The notes below the pieces were generated by a model. It searched no databases and was not told the origin of the DNA. It saw only the letters and a program-made list of their open reading frames with translations. From a virus (lineage: Duplodnaviria; Caudoviricetes): 63,320 nt of DNA. Positions 8,675 through 18,212 of the stretch are shown here, one piece after another; within the stretch, counting starts at the first letter, position 1; the number at the start of each line of letters is the position of its first letter. The stretch spans positions 1 to 63,320 of IMG/VR virus record IMGVR_UViG_3300023178_000048, one strand, 5' to 3'. The position numbers were made by a program, and so were the translations under genes.

Positions 8675-8702
8675 AATATACACGATTTAAACTACGTGTC
8701 AA
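8675..8702 (-). promoter_or_regulatory. Sigma70-like promoter for the RNA element and downstream late genes
   Basis: TTGACA-16 nt-TATATT on the minus strand. Confidence 0.55.
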
Positions 8703-8723
8703 TAGGTTAATAGGGAGAAAAAA

Positions 8724-9164
8724 GTGGACTACAAAGTCCGTTGCGTGGATACATCAAATATCCACTGGCGGAACATTATTTGCGGGCTACAGCTACAGTG
8801 CCTCCCGTACGATGAAATCTTCCCTCCGCACGAGGGTTGGTGGTTTGTTGCGTTTGAGCGCAGGGCTGGGCCGGTCGGATTTGCCGGGATGGTTATGTCG
8901 TCCCGTTGGACAGATTGCGTGTACTTCTGCCGCTCTGGGGTTAAAGAAGAGCATCGAGGCAACGGACTGCAAAAGAAGTTAATATACGCCCGTCTCAAGC
9001 GAGCACGAATGATGGGTATGAACTGGGCTGTGACTGAAACTTTTAGTAACCCAGCGAGTTCTAACAGTCTTATAAGTTGTGGTTTTAAATTATACGAACC
9101 TACAGTACCTTGGGCTGGTGATACCTGCCTTTACTGGAGGTGTAAAGTGAATAATGCCTTATAA
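8724..9164 (+). CDS. GNAT-family acetyltransferase
   Basis: Acetyl-CoA motif A V.EEHRGNGLQKKL; N..S...L..CGF motif B. Confidence 0.8.
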   Translation: MDYKVRCVDTSNIHWRNIICGLQLQCLPYDEIFPPHEGWWFVAFERRAGPVGFAGMVMSSRWTDCVYFCRSGVKEEHRGNGLQKKLIYARLKRARMMGMNWAVTETFSNPASSNSLISCGFKLYEPTVPWAGDTCLYWRCKVNNAL

Positions 9165-9543
9165 AGATCCGAAGAAGCGAAAAGAAGTTTCAAAACAAGC
9201 CTCAGCTAAACACTACCAAAATAACAAAAAAGAACTAGCCGCTAAGCAGCGGCAGCAAAGACGTACGTTTAGTAAGCGCTGGGCAGAATACAAAGCCAGC
9301 ATCAAATGCGCTAGTTGCGGGTTCTCACACCCAGCAGCCATAGATTTCCATCACCCACCGGGCACTAAAGAGCACCATATCCACACGCTGGTACGGCGTC
9401 GGGCTGAAGAATTATTGTTTGCCGAAATAGCCAAGTGCGTGCCACTGTGCGCTAACTGCCACCGTATCCACCACCATAACTTGCGTGAAGAGCGCAAACG
9501 TAAAAAGAAGATAAATAAAAAGGGGAGCCGAAGCTCCCCTTAG
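9154..9543 (+). CDS. HNH endonuclease
   Basis: CASCG...AIDFHH...EIAKCVPLCANCHRIHH. Confidence 0.85.
   Translation: MPYKDPKKRKEVSKQASAKHYQNNKKELAAKQRQQRRTFSKRWAEYKASIKCASCGFSHPAAIDFHHPPGTKEHHIHTLVRRRAEELLFAEIAKCVPLCANCHRIHHHNLREERKRKKKINKKGSRSSP
9514..9541 (-). terminator. Rho-independent terminator after the major capsid gene
   Basis: Minus strand GGGGAGC-TTCG-GCTCCCC followed by a T-rich tract; a second UUCG hairpin lies just upstream. Confidence 0.8.
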
Positions 9544-9566
9544 GGTGTAAGGCCGAAGCCCTACGA

Positions 9567-10478
9567 TCAGGTCGAGCCTGAAGTGCCCCACATACCCAGC
9601 GGGTCGCTCCAGCCGAAGCTGTAACGCTCACGGGCCTTGTACCGCACGTTGCCGGTATCAAAGTCACCGTCCATGCCGGTGGTCATGGCAGCACGGGTGA
9701 AGTGCTTCATGCCGTTGGGCACATCGGTCTTGATGAACCAAGCATTGGTATCGGTCAAGAAGTGGTTGACGGTGTAGCCCTCGGGGATCGAGCCCATCGC
9801 CTTAATGGCGTTCAGGTCGTTGTCAGCCGTAGCCACGCGGAGGTCGGTGTCAAGAATACGCTTGGCAACGAACATCAGCGCCGGGGGCACAATCAACTTA
9901 CGAGGCTTAGCAGCAATCAGCAGGCCACGCTCGTCCGTCCAAGCAGCGATCTGAATGATTGCAGCCTCTAGCGAGGTTTCGTTCAAATCGACTTGAGCAG
10001 CCGGGGTGTTGCTGTTGGTGCCGCCACCAACCAAGGGGTGAGCCGTAGAGAACAGAGCCACATTGTCGCCGCCTTTGTAGGAGGCGCTGAAGCCGTTGTT
10101 CAACACAGCAGCAGCCTTAACCTGCTTGGTGTAAGCCATAGCACGAGCCAGAGCCTTGGTGTAACGAGCAGACAAGCTGTCGTACAGGTTGTCCTCAACC
10201 GCCTCTTCGGTGATCGAGAAGCCCATAGCAATGGTTTCGTGGTTGTAACGAGTCGTCCAAGCCTCTTGAGCATTGTCATAGACCATAGCAGCGCCTTCGG
10301 CTTTCACCGGGGCGGCACCAAAGCCAGACAGCTTGGTTTCCTCTTCAAACGAGCGCTCCGAGGTCTCACTTTCGTAGATCTCTTTGTGCTCTTCGCCGTA
10401 CTTTTGATACTCCAGACCAAACAATGCGTTCAGGCCCGGGAGCAGCTCTTTCAGTAATTGACTGCGTGAAATAGCCAT
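9567..10478 (-). CDS. Major capsid protein (Mu gpT-like family)
   Basis: MAISRSQLLKELLPGLNALFGLEY..., LIVPPAL, DFDTGNVRYKARERYSFGWSDP; follows the scaffold; strong RBS and terminator. Confidence 0.9.
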   Translation of the reverse strand: MAISRSQLLKELLPGLNALFGLEYQKYGEEHKEIYESETSERSFEEETKLSGFGAAPVKAEGAAMVYDNAQEAWTTRYNHETIAMGFSITEEAVEDNLYDSLSARYTKALARAMAYTKQVKAAAVLNNGFSASYKGGDNVALFSTAHPLVGGGTNSNTPAAQVDLNETSLEAAIIQIAAWTDERGLLIAAKPRKLIVPPALMFVAKRILDTDLRVATADNDLNAIKAMGSIPEGYTVNHFLTDTNAWFIKTDVPNGMKHFTRAAMTTGMDGDFDTGNVRYKARERYSFGWSDPLGMWGTSGST

Positions 10479-10491
10479 TTTAGTTTACTCC

Positions 10492-11097
10492 TTAGACGCC
10501 AGCGTTGTTAGTCATGTGGTGCCCACCAATCGTAAACTTAACGTATACGTCTGGGTAAGCGTCACCAACGGGAGAGGCAAAACCAACAATCAGCAATCCG
10601 CCGACGGTAGTTTGCACGCTCGCGTCAAGCGCCACATTAGAGTTGCCAGTAGCAGTGCTACCGGAAGTCAGGGCATTCTGGGCAGCGGGCAGCTTGGTAA
10701 TAGCACCAAGAACGGCCTGCGAACCAGAGCCATCAAGCTGGGCTTGGAACATCACCATCGGATCATCCACAACATACGCCTTAACGACACCGGTGGTGCC
10801 AGAAGGATAGTATTGAGAATGGATGACCTGCCCCTGTGCGTTCACATACTCACAGCCCATGAACACACCAAGAGCACCGATGGTATCGCCACCAAAGTTA
10901 TTGGTAGTAATATCAGCACCGGTACCGTCAGCTAGTTCAACGTAGCCAGCAGTAGTCAATTGCACAATCGAGCCGTGGAAGATGTTGTTGGCAACACCAG
11001 CCGGGTCAATTAGATATTCACTGACAGCGCCCGCATAGGGCATACCATCAGCACGCTTTACGGGACGCAGCCCGTAGGGTGTCTCGGTAGCAGCCAT
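10492..11097 (-). CDS. Capsid-associated (cement/decoration-like) protein
   Basis: PYGLRPV N-terminus, GVFMGCEY, VVDDP; between scaffold region and MCP. Confidence 0.6.
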   Translation of the reverse strand: MAATETPYGLRPVKRADGMPYAGAVSEYLIDPAGVANNIFHGSIVQLTTAGYVELADGTGADITTNNFGGDTIGALGVFMGCEYVNAQGQVIHSQYYPSGTTGVVKAYVVDDPMVMFQAQLDGSGSQAVLGAITKLPAAQNALTSGSTATGNSNVALDASVQTTVGGLLIVGFASPVGDAYPDVYVKFTIGGHHMTNNAGV

Positions 11098-11114
11098 TTA
11101 GACTCTCCTAAAAA

Positions 11115-11567
11115 TTAAGAACCAGAACCAAAAGTGACCTTCGATTTTTTGTCCGCAAACAAAGGCATGCGAGGGTCATTCTCACGAAGAAAATTGTTAT
11201 CGACCGAATCCACTTGAGCTCTGTTCTGCGCCTCATAATACGCAGCACGTTGCTTGAGGAATTCCTCTGGGATGCGGCACAACAACAGACCACCGATCTC
11301 AATGTTCCCTTTAAAGCGGGAATCTTGAGAAGCGAGGTGCATCATTTCCGGGTATTCGTCGATCTTGCACGCTTCATACCCTTCACGGAACTTGGCAGAG
11401 ACGTTTTGACCATCGGGTTGCCCCATCATGCTGACACGCACCCAACGGTGCTTCCAGCCGGGTCTTTCGTCTGGCGTGGGCAAAGTCTCCGGGGGACGCC
11501 ACGCCTCAGGGCGGACGCTAGCCGTGCGATTTTCACGTTCGCGAACGATTCGATTTTGCTCAGCCAT
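11115..11567 (-). CDS. Conserved head-module protein
   Basis: W.PP..LP.P..RPGW.HRWVR, IGGLLLCRIP. Confidence 0.65.
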   Translation of the reverse strand: MAEQNRIVRERENRTASVRPEAWRPPETLPTPDERPGWKHRWVRVSMMGQPDGQNVSAKFREGYEACKIDEYPEMMHLASQDSRFKGNIEIGGLLLCRIPEEFLKQRAAYYEAQNRAQVDSVDNNFLRENDPRMPLFADKKSKVTFGSGS

Positions 11568-11569
11568 TT

Positions 11570-12553
11570 TTAAGCTCCATTCCTTAAGTTAGCAACCTGT
11601 TTAGCGTAAAGTTCTAGCGGAACCCCAATTCGCTTGGCTATCGCGACCTGAGACGCCGTTAACCTTACCTGTTTAGGCGAGGTGCTTCGGGTAGCCGGGG
11701 CTACTACCGGAGCGGGTTTTGATGCACGGCGCGGAGGTTCATCCTCTTGAGCCGGTTCGGATGCTTGATTTTGAGGAGCATCACTAGCCTCATCGCTCCC
11801 GAAATAATCGGGGAAAGTCTTACGCATCGTCTTATCAATTTCTTGATAGTACCGATCCGAAGATGGATCTAGTCCGCGATCTTCGACCAACTCTGAATGC
11901 AGCCCTAGGGCGAACGCAGTCATACGTCGATTTTGTCCAAACCAATCATTTTGACTACGCCATTTCTCAGCACGTCGGTCAACAGTTTGCGGCTGTTGTT
12001 GCGTTTGTACCTCTTTTTCCTCAACTTGTAAAGGTTTTAGTTGAGTTGCTTTGTCAAGTTTAAGAGTTGCCTTAGCAATTTGTTCCTGAGCCGCAACAAT
12101 TGCGTCGGTATCGGCGTCCTGATAGGCGTCTTTATAAGCCCTTTTTGCCGCCTCTAACTCGTTCTCAGCAACCTGCTTGGCTTGGTCTATGTACTCCTGA
12201 CTACCTGAGGCAAGCTTCTCTTGGAGCTTTTTGTTTTGCTCAAATAGCTGTCTGGCATATTCCTCTGCAGCTTGACGCTCACGCATGGCTGCTTCTTTAG
12301 CCCGTCGTTCATCATGGTACCCACGTGTAAACTTTTTTATTCGTTTTTGTACCTTTTCGTCGTAAGAAGCTAACTCTTCTTCAGTTACTTCTTCTGGGGG
12401 GTCGCCAGCTTTGCGGCCTCGGTCTTCTTCAGGGGTGTCATCCTCAACCTCGAAAGAGAATTCTTTCTCTTCCGCATTTTGTTCTTCGGAGACAGTTTCA
12501 TCTGCTTCGTCAGGGAATTTGTATTCTTCACCTTCAAACTCTTTCTGTGCCAT
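11570..12553 (-). CDS. Putative scaffolding protein
   Basis: Acidic, coiled-coil; C-terminal LTASQVAIAKRIGVPLELYAK; between portal and MCP. Confidence 0.7.
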   Translation of the reverse strand: MAQKEFEGEEYKFPDEADETVSEEQNAEEKEFSFEVEDDTPEEDRGRKAGDPPEEVTEEELASYDEKVQKRIKKFTRGYHDERRAKEAAMRERQAAEEYARQLFEQNKKLQEKLASGSQEYIDQAKQVAENELEAAKRAYKDAYQDADTDAIVAAQEQIAKATLKLDKATQLKPLQVEEKEVQTQQQPQTVDRRAEKWRSQNDWFGQNRRMTAFALGLHSELVEDRGLDPSSDRYYQEIDKTMRKTFPDYFGSDEASDAPQNQASEPAQEDEPPRRASKPAPVVAPATRSTSPKQVRLTASQVAIAKRIGVPLELYAKQVANLRNGA

Positions 12554-12563
12554 AAATTACTCC

Positions 12564-12977
12564 TTACGCACGTGAGATGCCACGGGGATCTTCCACAACC
12601 GCCTCGACCGAATCATCGTTGATGATGCGGAACTCACGGCCATGAATCTTCAGACGGGTGCCTGAATTCGGTCGCACGACGATGAAATCGCCTTGCTTAC
12701 ACGACGGCCCACTGGGGAACCGAGTCGTATCTTTGTAAGCATCTGGGCCAACCTTGACGACGAACAGAACGGGGGTCAATACCTCTTCGTAGTGGATCGT
12801 AGAGCCAGCTTTAATAATGCCGCTTTCGCTTTCAGAGAATTCCTCCATTGCTTCTGGAACTACGCACAGAAGATGGTAGGTTTTAGGGTCAGGCAACTGC
12901 TTGGCCTTTTGCTCCGGGGTCGCCCCCAAAACACTGGATAAATCCACAGCCGCAGTGTCGAACTCAGTCGTCGTCAT
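12564..12977 (-). CDS. groES: GroES/Cpn10-like co-chaperonin
   Basis: P..YHLL, SGII mobile loop, VVKVGPDAY, KQGDFIV, GREFRIINDDSVEAVV; start re-called to ATG 12977. Confidence 0.8.
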   Translation of the reverse strand: MTTTEFDTAAVDLSSVLGATPEQKAKQLPDPKTYHLLCVVPEAMEEFSESESGIIKAGSTIHYEEVLTPVLFVVKVGPDAYKDTTRFPSGPSCKQGDFIVVRPNSGTRLKIHGREFRIINDDSVEAVVEDPRGISRA

Positions 12978-13164
12978 CAGAACGCTCCATTCTTTGCACA
13001 AGGTCTTTGACAATAGACTCTGCATGCGTAAGACCCCGGATTACGCCACAGAGATGCCGGTACTCGGCGAAGTCCGCCGCTCTACCGGAGTTGAGAAACA
13101 CAGATTGCTCTGCCCGGAGCTTGTCGAACTCAACGAGCAGGTATTGGATTACTTTATCGTCCAT
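12964..13164 (-). CDS. Small conserved protein after the portal
   Basis: DFAEYRHLCGVIRGL motif; coupled to the portal gene. Confidence 0.7.
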   Translation of the reverse strand: MDDKVIQYLLVEFDKLRAEQSVFLNSGRAADFAEYRHLCGVIRGLTHAESIVKDLVQRMERSDDDD

Positions 13165-15636
13165 TTATTTCTTGGTTTGTTGACGGGACTGGGCCATCTG
13201 GGCACGCTCTTTAGCGATCTGTACTCCTAGTTTGGCCCCCTCAAGTTGGTCTTTCGACTTCAAATTAGCCCTATCAACCGCTGTTTTAGCGCCAACCTGC
13301 ATTGCGGCGATACGTTCTTGTACCGCGATACGCTCTTTCTCGATGAGAAGCTGGTCTGCTTTGGCAGCGGTATCAGCCGCGAGTTTCTTCTCTTCGAGCT
13401 CCATCTTCTTCATCTTGATCTGGAGTTCTTGCATCTGCATCTGCAGCACTGGGTCTTGCGCCTGCTGTTGAGCCTGAGCCTGTTGAGCTTCTGCTTGGTC
13501 ACGCTGGAGAAGTCTGGCGGATGCTTTGGCTGCAAGTTGAGCGACTTCTGCCGCCACCTCGGGCTGCATCGTTTTGTTCTGCTCTTCGGACGGCATCGGC
13601 AGGCCAAGCTGCTCTTCGATCTGTTTGCGATACTCGAACGCCACGTGCTCGTTGATGTGCGCCAACATCGTCGCTTGCATCTGCTGAGCCATCGGGTTCT
13701 GCCCCACGATCTGCATAATCTTCGGATCCTGCATGGCTGCTTGGTGTACAGCAATGTGGGCCTTATGATCCTGCTCTATAAACGCCTTGACAGGTTTGCC
13801 AGTCAGAATGTTCTGGTTCTCCTGCACCGGGTCGGTCGGGGTCTGGTCATCCTCAATCGGCACCAGCTTGTCGGCGTTCTTAACGCCTAACACCTCAATC
13901 ATCTGGCGGTGCAACAGCGGTAAGTTGTACAACTGTGGGGCGCCTTGAGCCAACTGCATCACGGCTTGATACTGGACAACTTTCTGCGCCATCGTTGACG
14001 CATTGGGGTCGCTTACCGGAATGACGTCGGTCACGTCGTAGTCAACACCCTTGGCTTTACGACCGCCGGTCTCGGGCTTGTAGTCATAGTCATCGTCGGT
14101 GTAGTCACGGATGACACCCTTCAACAACTTAAACTCTTGACGCATAGAGTAGTGCAAGCGGGCCTGCACAGCGCCCATCACCTTCAACATACGCTCAAGA
14201 ATCGCAAGCGTCGTACCCACGGGGGCATTGGCGCTCATATCGCTTACGTTTAAGTCCCCGGCAGAGGCAAACGCACGGCCTTCTTGGACGATGTTTTGGA
14301 AGAGTGCATAGAGCACTTGGCTCGGCTCTTTGTACGGCAGGGGGAGGATGTTGTCACGGATGCTGCCACTCGGGACGTCCACGTCACGGAATTCACCGGG
14401 AGCAATGGGGGTATCGTCGCCTTTAATCCGCAGCCCGCGTGATTTCAAGCCGCCGGGCAAGTTAGAGAGCGTACCGGCATCTACTAACTGCCGAATCAAC
14501 ATCGTGGCTGACTTAGCATAGCCACCGATCAAGTGAATCAGACCAAACCCATAGAACCCAAAGCCCGGGATGTATTGATAATGCACGAAGTGCATACGCT
14601 TGGTCATTAACTCATCGTCTTCACGCCAATTGCGACGGATAGACAAGATAGCCCCAGTGCCTTTCTCAAGGGTCACCACGTATGGCAGCGCAATGCCAGT
14701 AGGCTTACCCTTCTTATCTTTATCCTCGTACCCCGGCAGGTCTAGCTCGACGTGCATCTCAAGGATACGGAAGCGATTGTCCTGTGAAGCAGAGAACCCT
14801 TGCTCTTTGGCTTTCTGTTTCTCTACATCGTCTAGCTCGCTGCTCGGCTCGCCTAAGTCAACATCGCTATAGAACCCAGCGGCCTGCAGCTTAAGAACCT
14901 CGTTCTTAGTCTTACGCATCACGTGCGTGACACGCTCGGCATTCTCTAGGCTAGACGCGCCATAGGGTGCTACGATGTCCTCGGCGGGAACAAACATGGC
15001 AACTTGACGACCTTTGCCCGGATCGTAATAAACCTTCTTGAACGCCGAACCAGAAATTGGTAGACTCCACAGCATGCGTTCGTGTTCGGGCCGATACTCG
15101 GGCATCCCCTCGGTCAGCTCGTAGTTCATATCGTCACGTACACGTTCTGCGGCGTCTTCTTTTTCAGGGGTTATTGCGCCCAAAATTTGGGTCTTAACCG
15201 GGCCGGAGGCAGGAAACGTCTCCATGATCGCCTCGCTTTGAAAGCGCACCACGGACTCAGTGAGCATCGGATGGAATACACCACAGGCACCTTCCCAAGG
15301 CTCCGTACGTTCCTCATACTTAAGGCCCAAGAGCTTCATGCCCTCGACGTATGTCTCCATCCATTCCTTGCGGTCGCCTACGTCCTTATCGAAATCAGCT
15401 AGCAAATCACTGCTCAATTCTTCTAGCTCTTGATCGCCCATGAAGTCGGCGAGGTTGGCATCGAAGTCTTCTGCGGTCGGCTCGGCTTTCTCTAGCTCAA
15501 TCTCTATACCACCCATCTCAATAGAGACTTTCTCCGGGTCTTCGATCTCGATCTCGACCTCGGGTTCATCCATCATGGCCTCTTCAAGCCCGACGGGAGC
15601 CGCATACAAACCTTTATCAATTCCACTTGTGGCCAT
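13165..15636 (-). CDS. Portal protein
   Basis: 823 aa after TerL; PWEGACGVFHP, GSAFKKVYYD, PGFGFYGFGLIH, Q-rich C-terminal barrel as in P22-like portals. Confidence 0.88.
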   Translation of the reverse strand: MATSGIDKGLYAAPVGLEEAMMDEPEVEIEIEDPEKVSIEMGGIEIELEKAEPTAEDFDANLADFMGDQELEELSSDLLADFDKDVGDRKEWMETYVEGMKLLGLKYEERTEPWEGACGVFHPMLTESVVRFQSEAIMETFPASGPVKTQILGAITPEKEDAAERVRDDMNYELTEGMPEYRPEHERMLWSLPISGSAFKKVYYDPGKGRQVAMFVPAEDIVAPYGASSLENAERVTHVMRKTKNEVLKLQAAGFYSDVDLGEPSSELDDVEKQKAKEQGFSASQDNRFRILEMHVELDLPGYEDKDKKGKPTGIALPYVVTLEKGTGAILSIRRNWREDDELMTKRMHFVHYQYIPGFGFYGFGLIHLIGGYAKSATMLIRQLVDAGTLSNLPGGLKSRGLRIKGDDTPIAPGEFRDVDVPSGSIRDNILPLPYKEPSQVLYALFQNIVQEGRAFASAGDLNVSDMSANAPVGTTLAILERMLKVMGAVQARLHYSMRQEFKLLKGVIRDYTDDDYDYKPETGGRKAKGVDYDVTDVIPVSDPNASTMAQKVVQYQAVMQLAQGAPQLYNLPLLHRQMIEVLGVKNADKLVPIEDDQTPTDPVQENQNILTGKPVKAFIEQDHKAHIAVHQAAMQDPKIMQIVGQNPMAQQMQATMLAHINEHVAFEYRKQIEEQLGLPMPSEEQNKTMQPEVAAEVAQLAAKASARLLQRDQAEAQQAQAQQQAQDPVLQMQMQELQIKMKKMELEEKKLAADTAAKADQLLIEKERIAVQERIAAMQVGAKTAVDRANLKSKDQLEGAKLGVQIAKERAQMAQSRQQTKK

Positions 15637-15645
15637 GTTCTGTCC

Positions 15646-17160
15646 TTACACTGTGTAGTAGCGCTCTCTGCTAGAGCTTCTGAAATACCGAATATCTTCT
15701 GGCTCATCCGTCGGCAGACGGATAAAGCCGCCCTGTCTGAAGCGCAGCAGCGCTTGTGTTGTGCTGTCAACTAAGTCGTCGTTAGCCCCGCTCGGAAAGT
15801 CATTGCACTCTTCAACCACTTCCCTCGCCCACCTACGGTTCGGCGCCCAGACTATGCCCGACGAAAACATATCGGAAACCGCATTTACCCTGCTAATCTT
15901 ATCTTGTCCTTTGGTAGGAGTAAACTCCCCAACGGGTATGCCCATCCGCCTTAGCTCTTGGTACAGCGCCGCGCCGTTGGATTTCTTCTCCACCACGAAC
16001 GCATCTGGCTCCCACTGAGCGTACTGCTCTAGCACCATCTGTTTTAGCTGCGGAAACTCTAGACGTTCTTTTATGGCGTTCAAAAGAATAATGTTGTACG
16101 CCCCCGTCTCTTCATTCATGAATACGCCCCACGTAGTCAGGGCGTTGTAGTCAGCGCGGTTGTTTGCCTCTTGGGCCGCATCCAGACTCATGATGATAAA
16201 TTCACAAGGCGGTGGATCGCTATTCTCCCATGTCTGCCACCACTCTCTTTTTATCAGGGCGCCTTCTTCAGACACCGGATTCTGCATATACTGGGCCTCC
16301 CAGTACCGCACATCCATACCAGCCTTCTTAGCTAGTAGCTCTTCTAGTGTCCAAAACTCGCTCCATAGCGGTTTTTCGTTCAAAATCGCTGGAAATTCAA
16401 CAACTTCCCACTCATCTACGCCTTCTTCGCGGCCCATCTGACTGATAATCTGCCCAGTCAAGTCCAATTTAGACCAGCGGGTCATAACAATAATAATCGC
16501 GCCGCCCGGCATCAAACGCTGGATAGGCCCAGACTGAAACCATTCCCATGCGGGCAGAAATACGTCTGGACGCCCGGTTTTAGCCTCTTGTTCGGAGTGC
16601 GGGTCGTCAATAATGAACAAATCTGCGCCGCGTCCAGCCAGCGCACCGCCAACACCGATGGCAAAGTACTCACCTTGGAAGTTTGTACCCCACCTAGATG
16701 CCGATTTCGAGTCCGATTGCAGCTCAACCTGCGGAAAAATGTCTTTGTAAGCGTCCGCACTGACCAAATTTCGCACCCTACGGCCAAAATTCACCGCTAA
16801 ATCAGCGGTGTGCGACGCCATAATGATCTTTTTATGTGGAAATTTGCCTAAAAACCACGCCGGAGCCAGATAACTTATAAGCTCTGACTTACCATGGCGC
16901 GGCGCTATGTTAACAATGACCCGTTTTTTCCTGCCTAGGGCTATTTCTTCAAAGATTTTGGCCAATCTGCGGTGGTGTGGCCCTACTTTGTACCCCGGAT
17001 ACACGTGATCGGCGAACTCTAGCAGCGAATCTTTGCCAACCAACTGAACTGTCTGGCTATCCCACTCCTTAAGCAGGTCTAGCGTACGCCTTTTCTCTGC
17101 CTCTCCCATAGTTGGAAGCAAGGCCCGCAGAGTATTTATCTGGTCAGGCGTTATTCTCAT
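15646..17160 (-). CDS. terL: Terminase large subunit
   Basis: Walker A IAPRHGKS, Walker B FIIDDP, VMTRW coupling motif, RNase H-like SLD...DDLVDS. Confidence 0.95.
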   Translation of the reverse strand: MRITPDQINTLRALLPTMGEAEKRRTLDLLKEWDSQTVQLVGKDSLLEFADHVYPGYKVGPHHRRLAKIFEEIALGRKKRVIVNIAPRHGKSELISYLAPAWFLGKFPHKKIIMASHTADLAVNFGRRVRNLVSADAYKDIFPQVELQSDSKSASRWGTNFQGEYFAIGVGGALAGRGADLFIIDDPHSEQEAKTGRPDVFLPAWEWFQSGPIQRLMPGGAIIIVMTRWSKLDLTGQIISQMGREEGVDEWEVVEFPAILNEKPLWSEFWTLEELLAKKAGMDVRYWEAQYMQNPVSEEGALIKREWWQTWENSDPPPCEFIIMSLDAAQEANNRADYNALTTWGVFMNEETGAYNIILLNAIKERLEFPQLKQMVLEQYAQWEPDAFVVEKKSNGAALYQELRRMGIPVGEFTPTKGQDKISRVNAVSDMFSSGIVWAPNRRWAREVVEECNDFPSGANDDLVDSTTQALLRFRQGGFIRLPTDEPEDIRYFRSSSRERYYTV

Positions 17161-17704
17161 TCTTCACTTCTACGACTTCTACGTCTATGGTGCGCTTTTG
17201 CAGTCGCTCTAATGTATCTAGTAGTTCTTTTTCTACTTCTTCAATAGATTGCTGCTTAACCGTAACTTCCGAGCGCTTCTTGAATGCATCTACGCCGTCA
17301 ACTTCGCCGAGTTTTGTAAGCGCAGCCACCCTTATCTTTGCATCGGGATGGTCTGTCTCTTTCACTAGCTTATTGATAACGAAGCGCTTGAGATCCGCTA
17401 GTTCCTTGACTAAATCAGCCTGATACGCGGTCACCATACCCGCTAGATACGCCATCGTCTCGTTGGGGTAGTCGTTCAAATTCAATCGCACTGAAGAGTC
17501 AGACATAACTTGCTGTGCTAACGCAGAAGCCTGCGCCCTGTGGTCTTCGTTAGGCTCAATAGGCTTGCCTTCTATGTCGGCAATCATCTTGACTGTGCGC
17601 CCGCGCATCTCGATTTCTTCGAGATCAGTAAGAGGCGGAAACGCCTCAGTGGCCGTAGCCGGAAGCGGTACGTTGGGCTGTATATTCGCAACTAAAGTCG
17701 TCAT
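17144..17704 (-). CDS. Putative terminase small subunit
   Basis: Directly upstream of and overlapping terL; helical RVAALTKLGEVDGVDAF motif. Confidence 0.55.
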   Translation of the reverse strand: MTTLVANIQPNVPLPATATEAFPPLTDLEEIEMRGRTVKMIADIEGKPIEPNEDHRAQASALAQQVMSDSSVRLNLNDYPNETMAYLAGMVTAYQADLVKELADLKRFVINKLVKETDHPDAKIRVAALTKLGEVDGVDAFKKRSEVTVKQQSIEEVEKELLDTLERLQKRTIDVEVVEVKNENNA

Positions 17705-17737
17705 AGGAGGAAGACGGGCACTCCTTAAGTTCTACGG

Positions 17738-17765
17738 ACTGTACCACAAATATACAAATATGCAA
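17738..17765 (-). promoter_or_regulatory. Candidate promoter for the late arm
   Basis: TTGCAT-16 nt-TACAGT with TG extended -10, upstream of the terS-like gene. Confidence 0.4.
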
Positions 17766-18138
17766 GGGGTGGGGGCGTCGGGTCAACTTTGGAGATAGAA
17801 AAGTTAGGTTAATGAATAATCCCTAGCCCCCAGAGCCAACTCTACCGATGGCCGCTAGAAAATATATTGGGGTTTTCCCGAGGAGGTTGGGACTCCTGAC
17901 GGGGGGTGTTTCTAGAAATGGCGACTTTGTGGGGGGAGGAAAAAAAGAAGGCCCCCGGGGGGGCCTAACTCTCTGTGGAAGAGAGGGAGGAGAAAGCAGG
18001 AGGAACTGCTCAAGGGGATTATATCGAAAGTTGGGAAATTGTGTAGTTATTTGTGCAAATTATTAAGTATGTAGTACACGATAGCAACGCGGCGCGCCGA
18101 GGGGGTGCCCCTCCGGTGGGGTAAGACCCCCCACCAAC

Positions 18139-18168
18139 TTGACAAACCCTACCCCCATCAGGTAGAAG
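18139..18168 (+). promoter_or_regulatory. Early promoter P1
   Basis: TTGACA-18 nt-TAGAAG(ATAAC); same layout as the promoters at 18824 and 19675. Confidence 0.6.
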
Positions 18169-18212
18169 ATAACCATGAACAGCAATGGTGCTGTTCTAAC
18201 TAAGGAGACGAT

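Noticed and set aside
17848-18066. ORF 17848..18066 (+)
   Set aside because: Translation of G-runs upstream of the first promoter; no RBS
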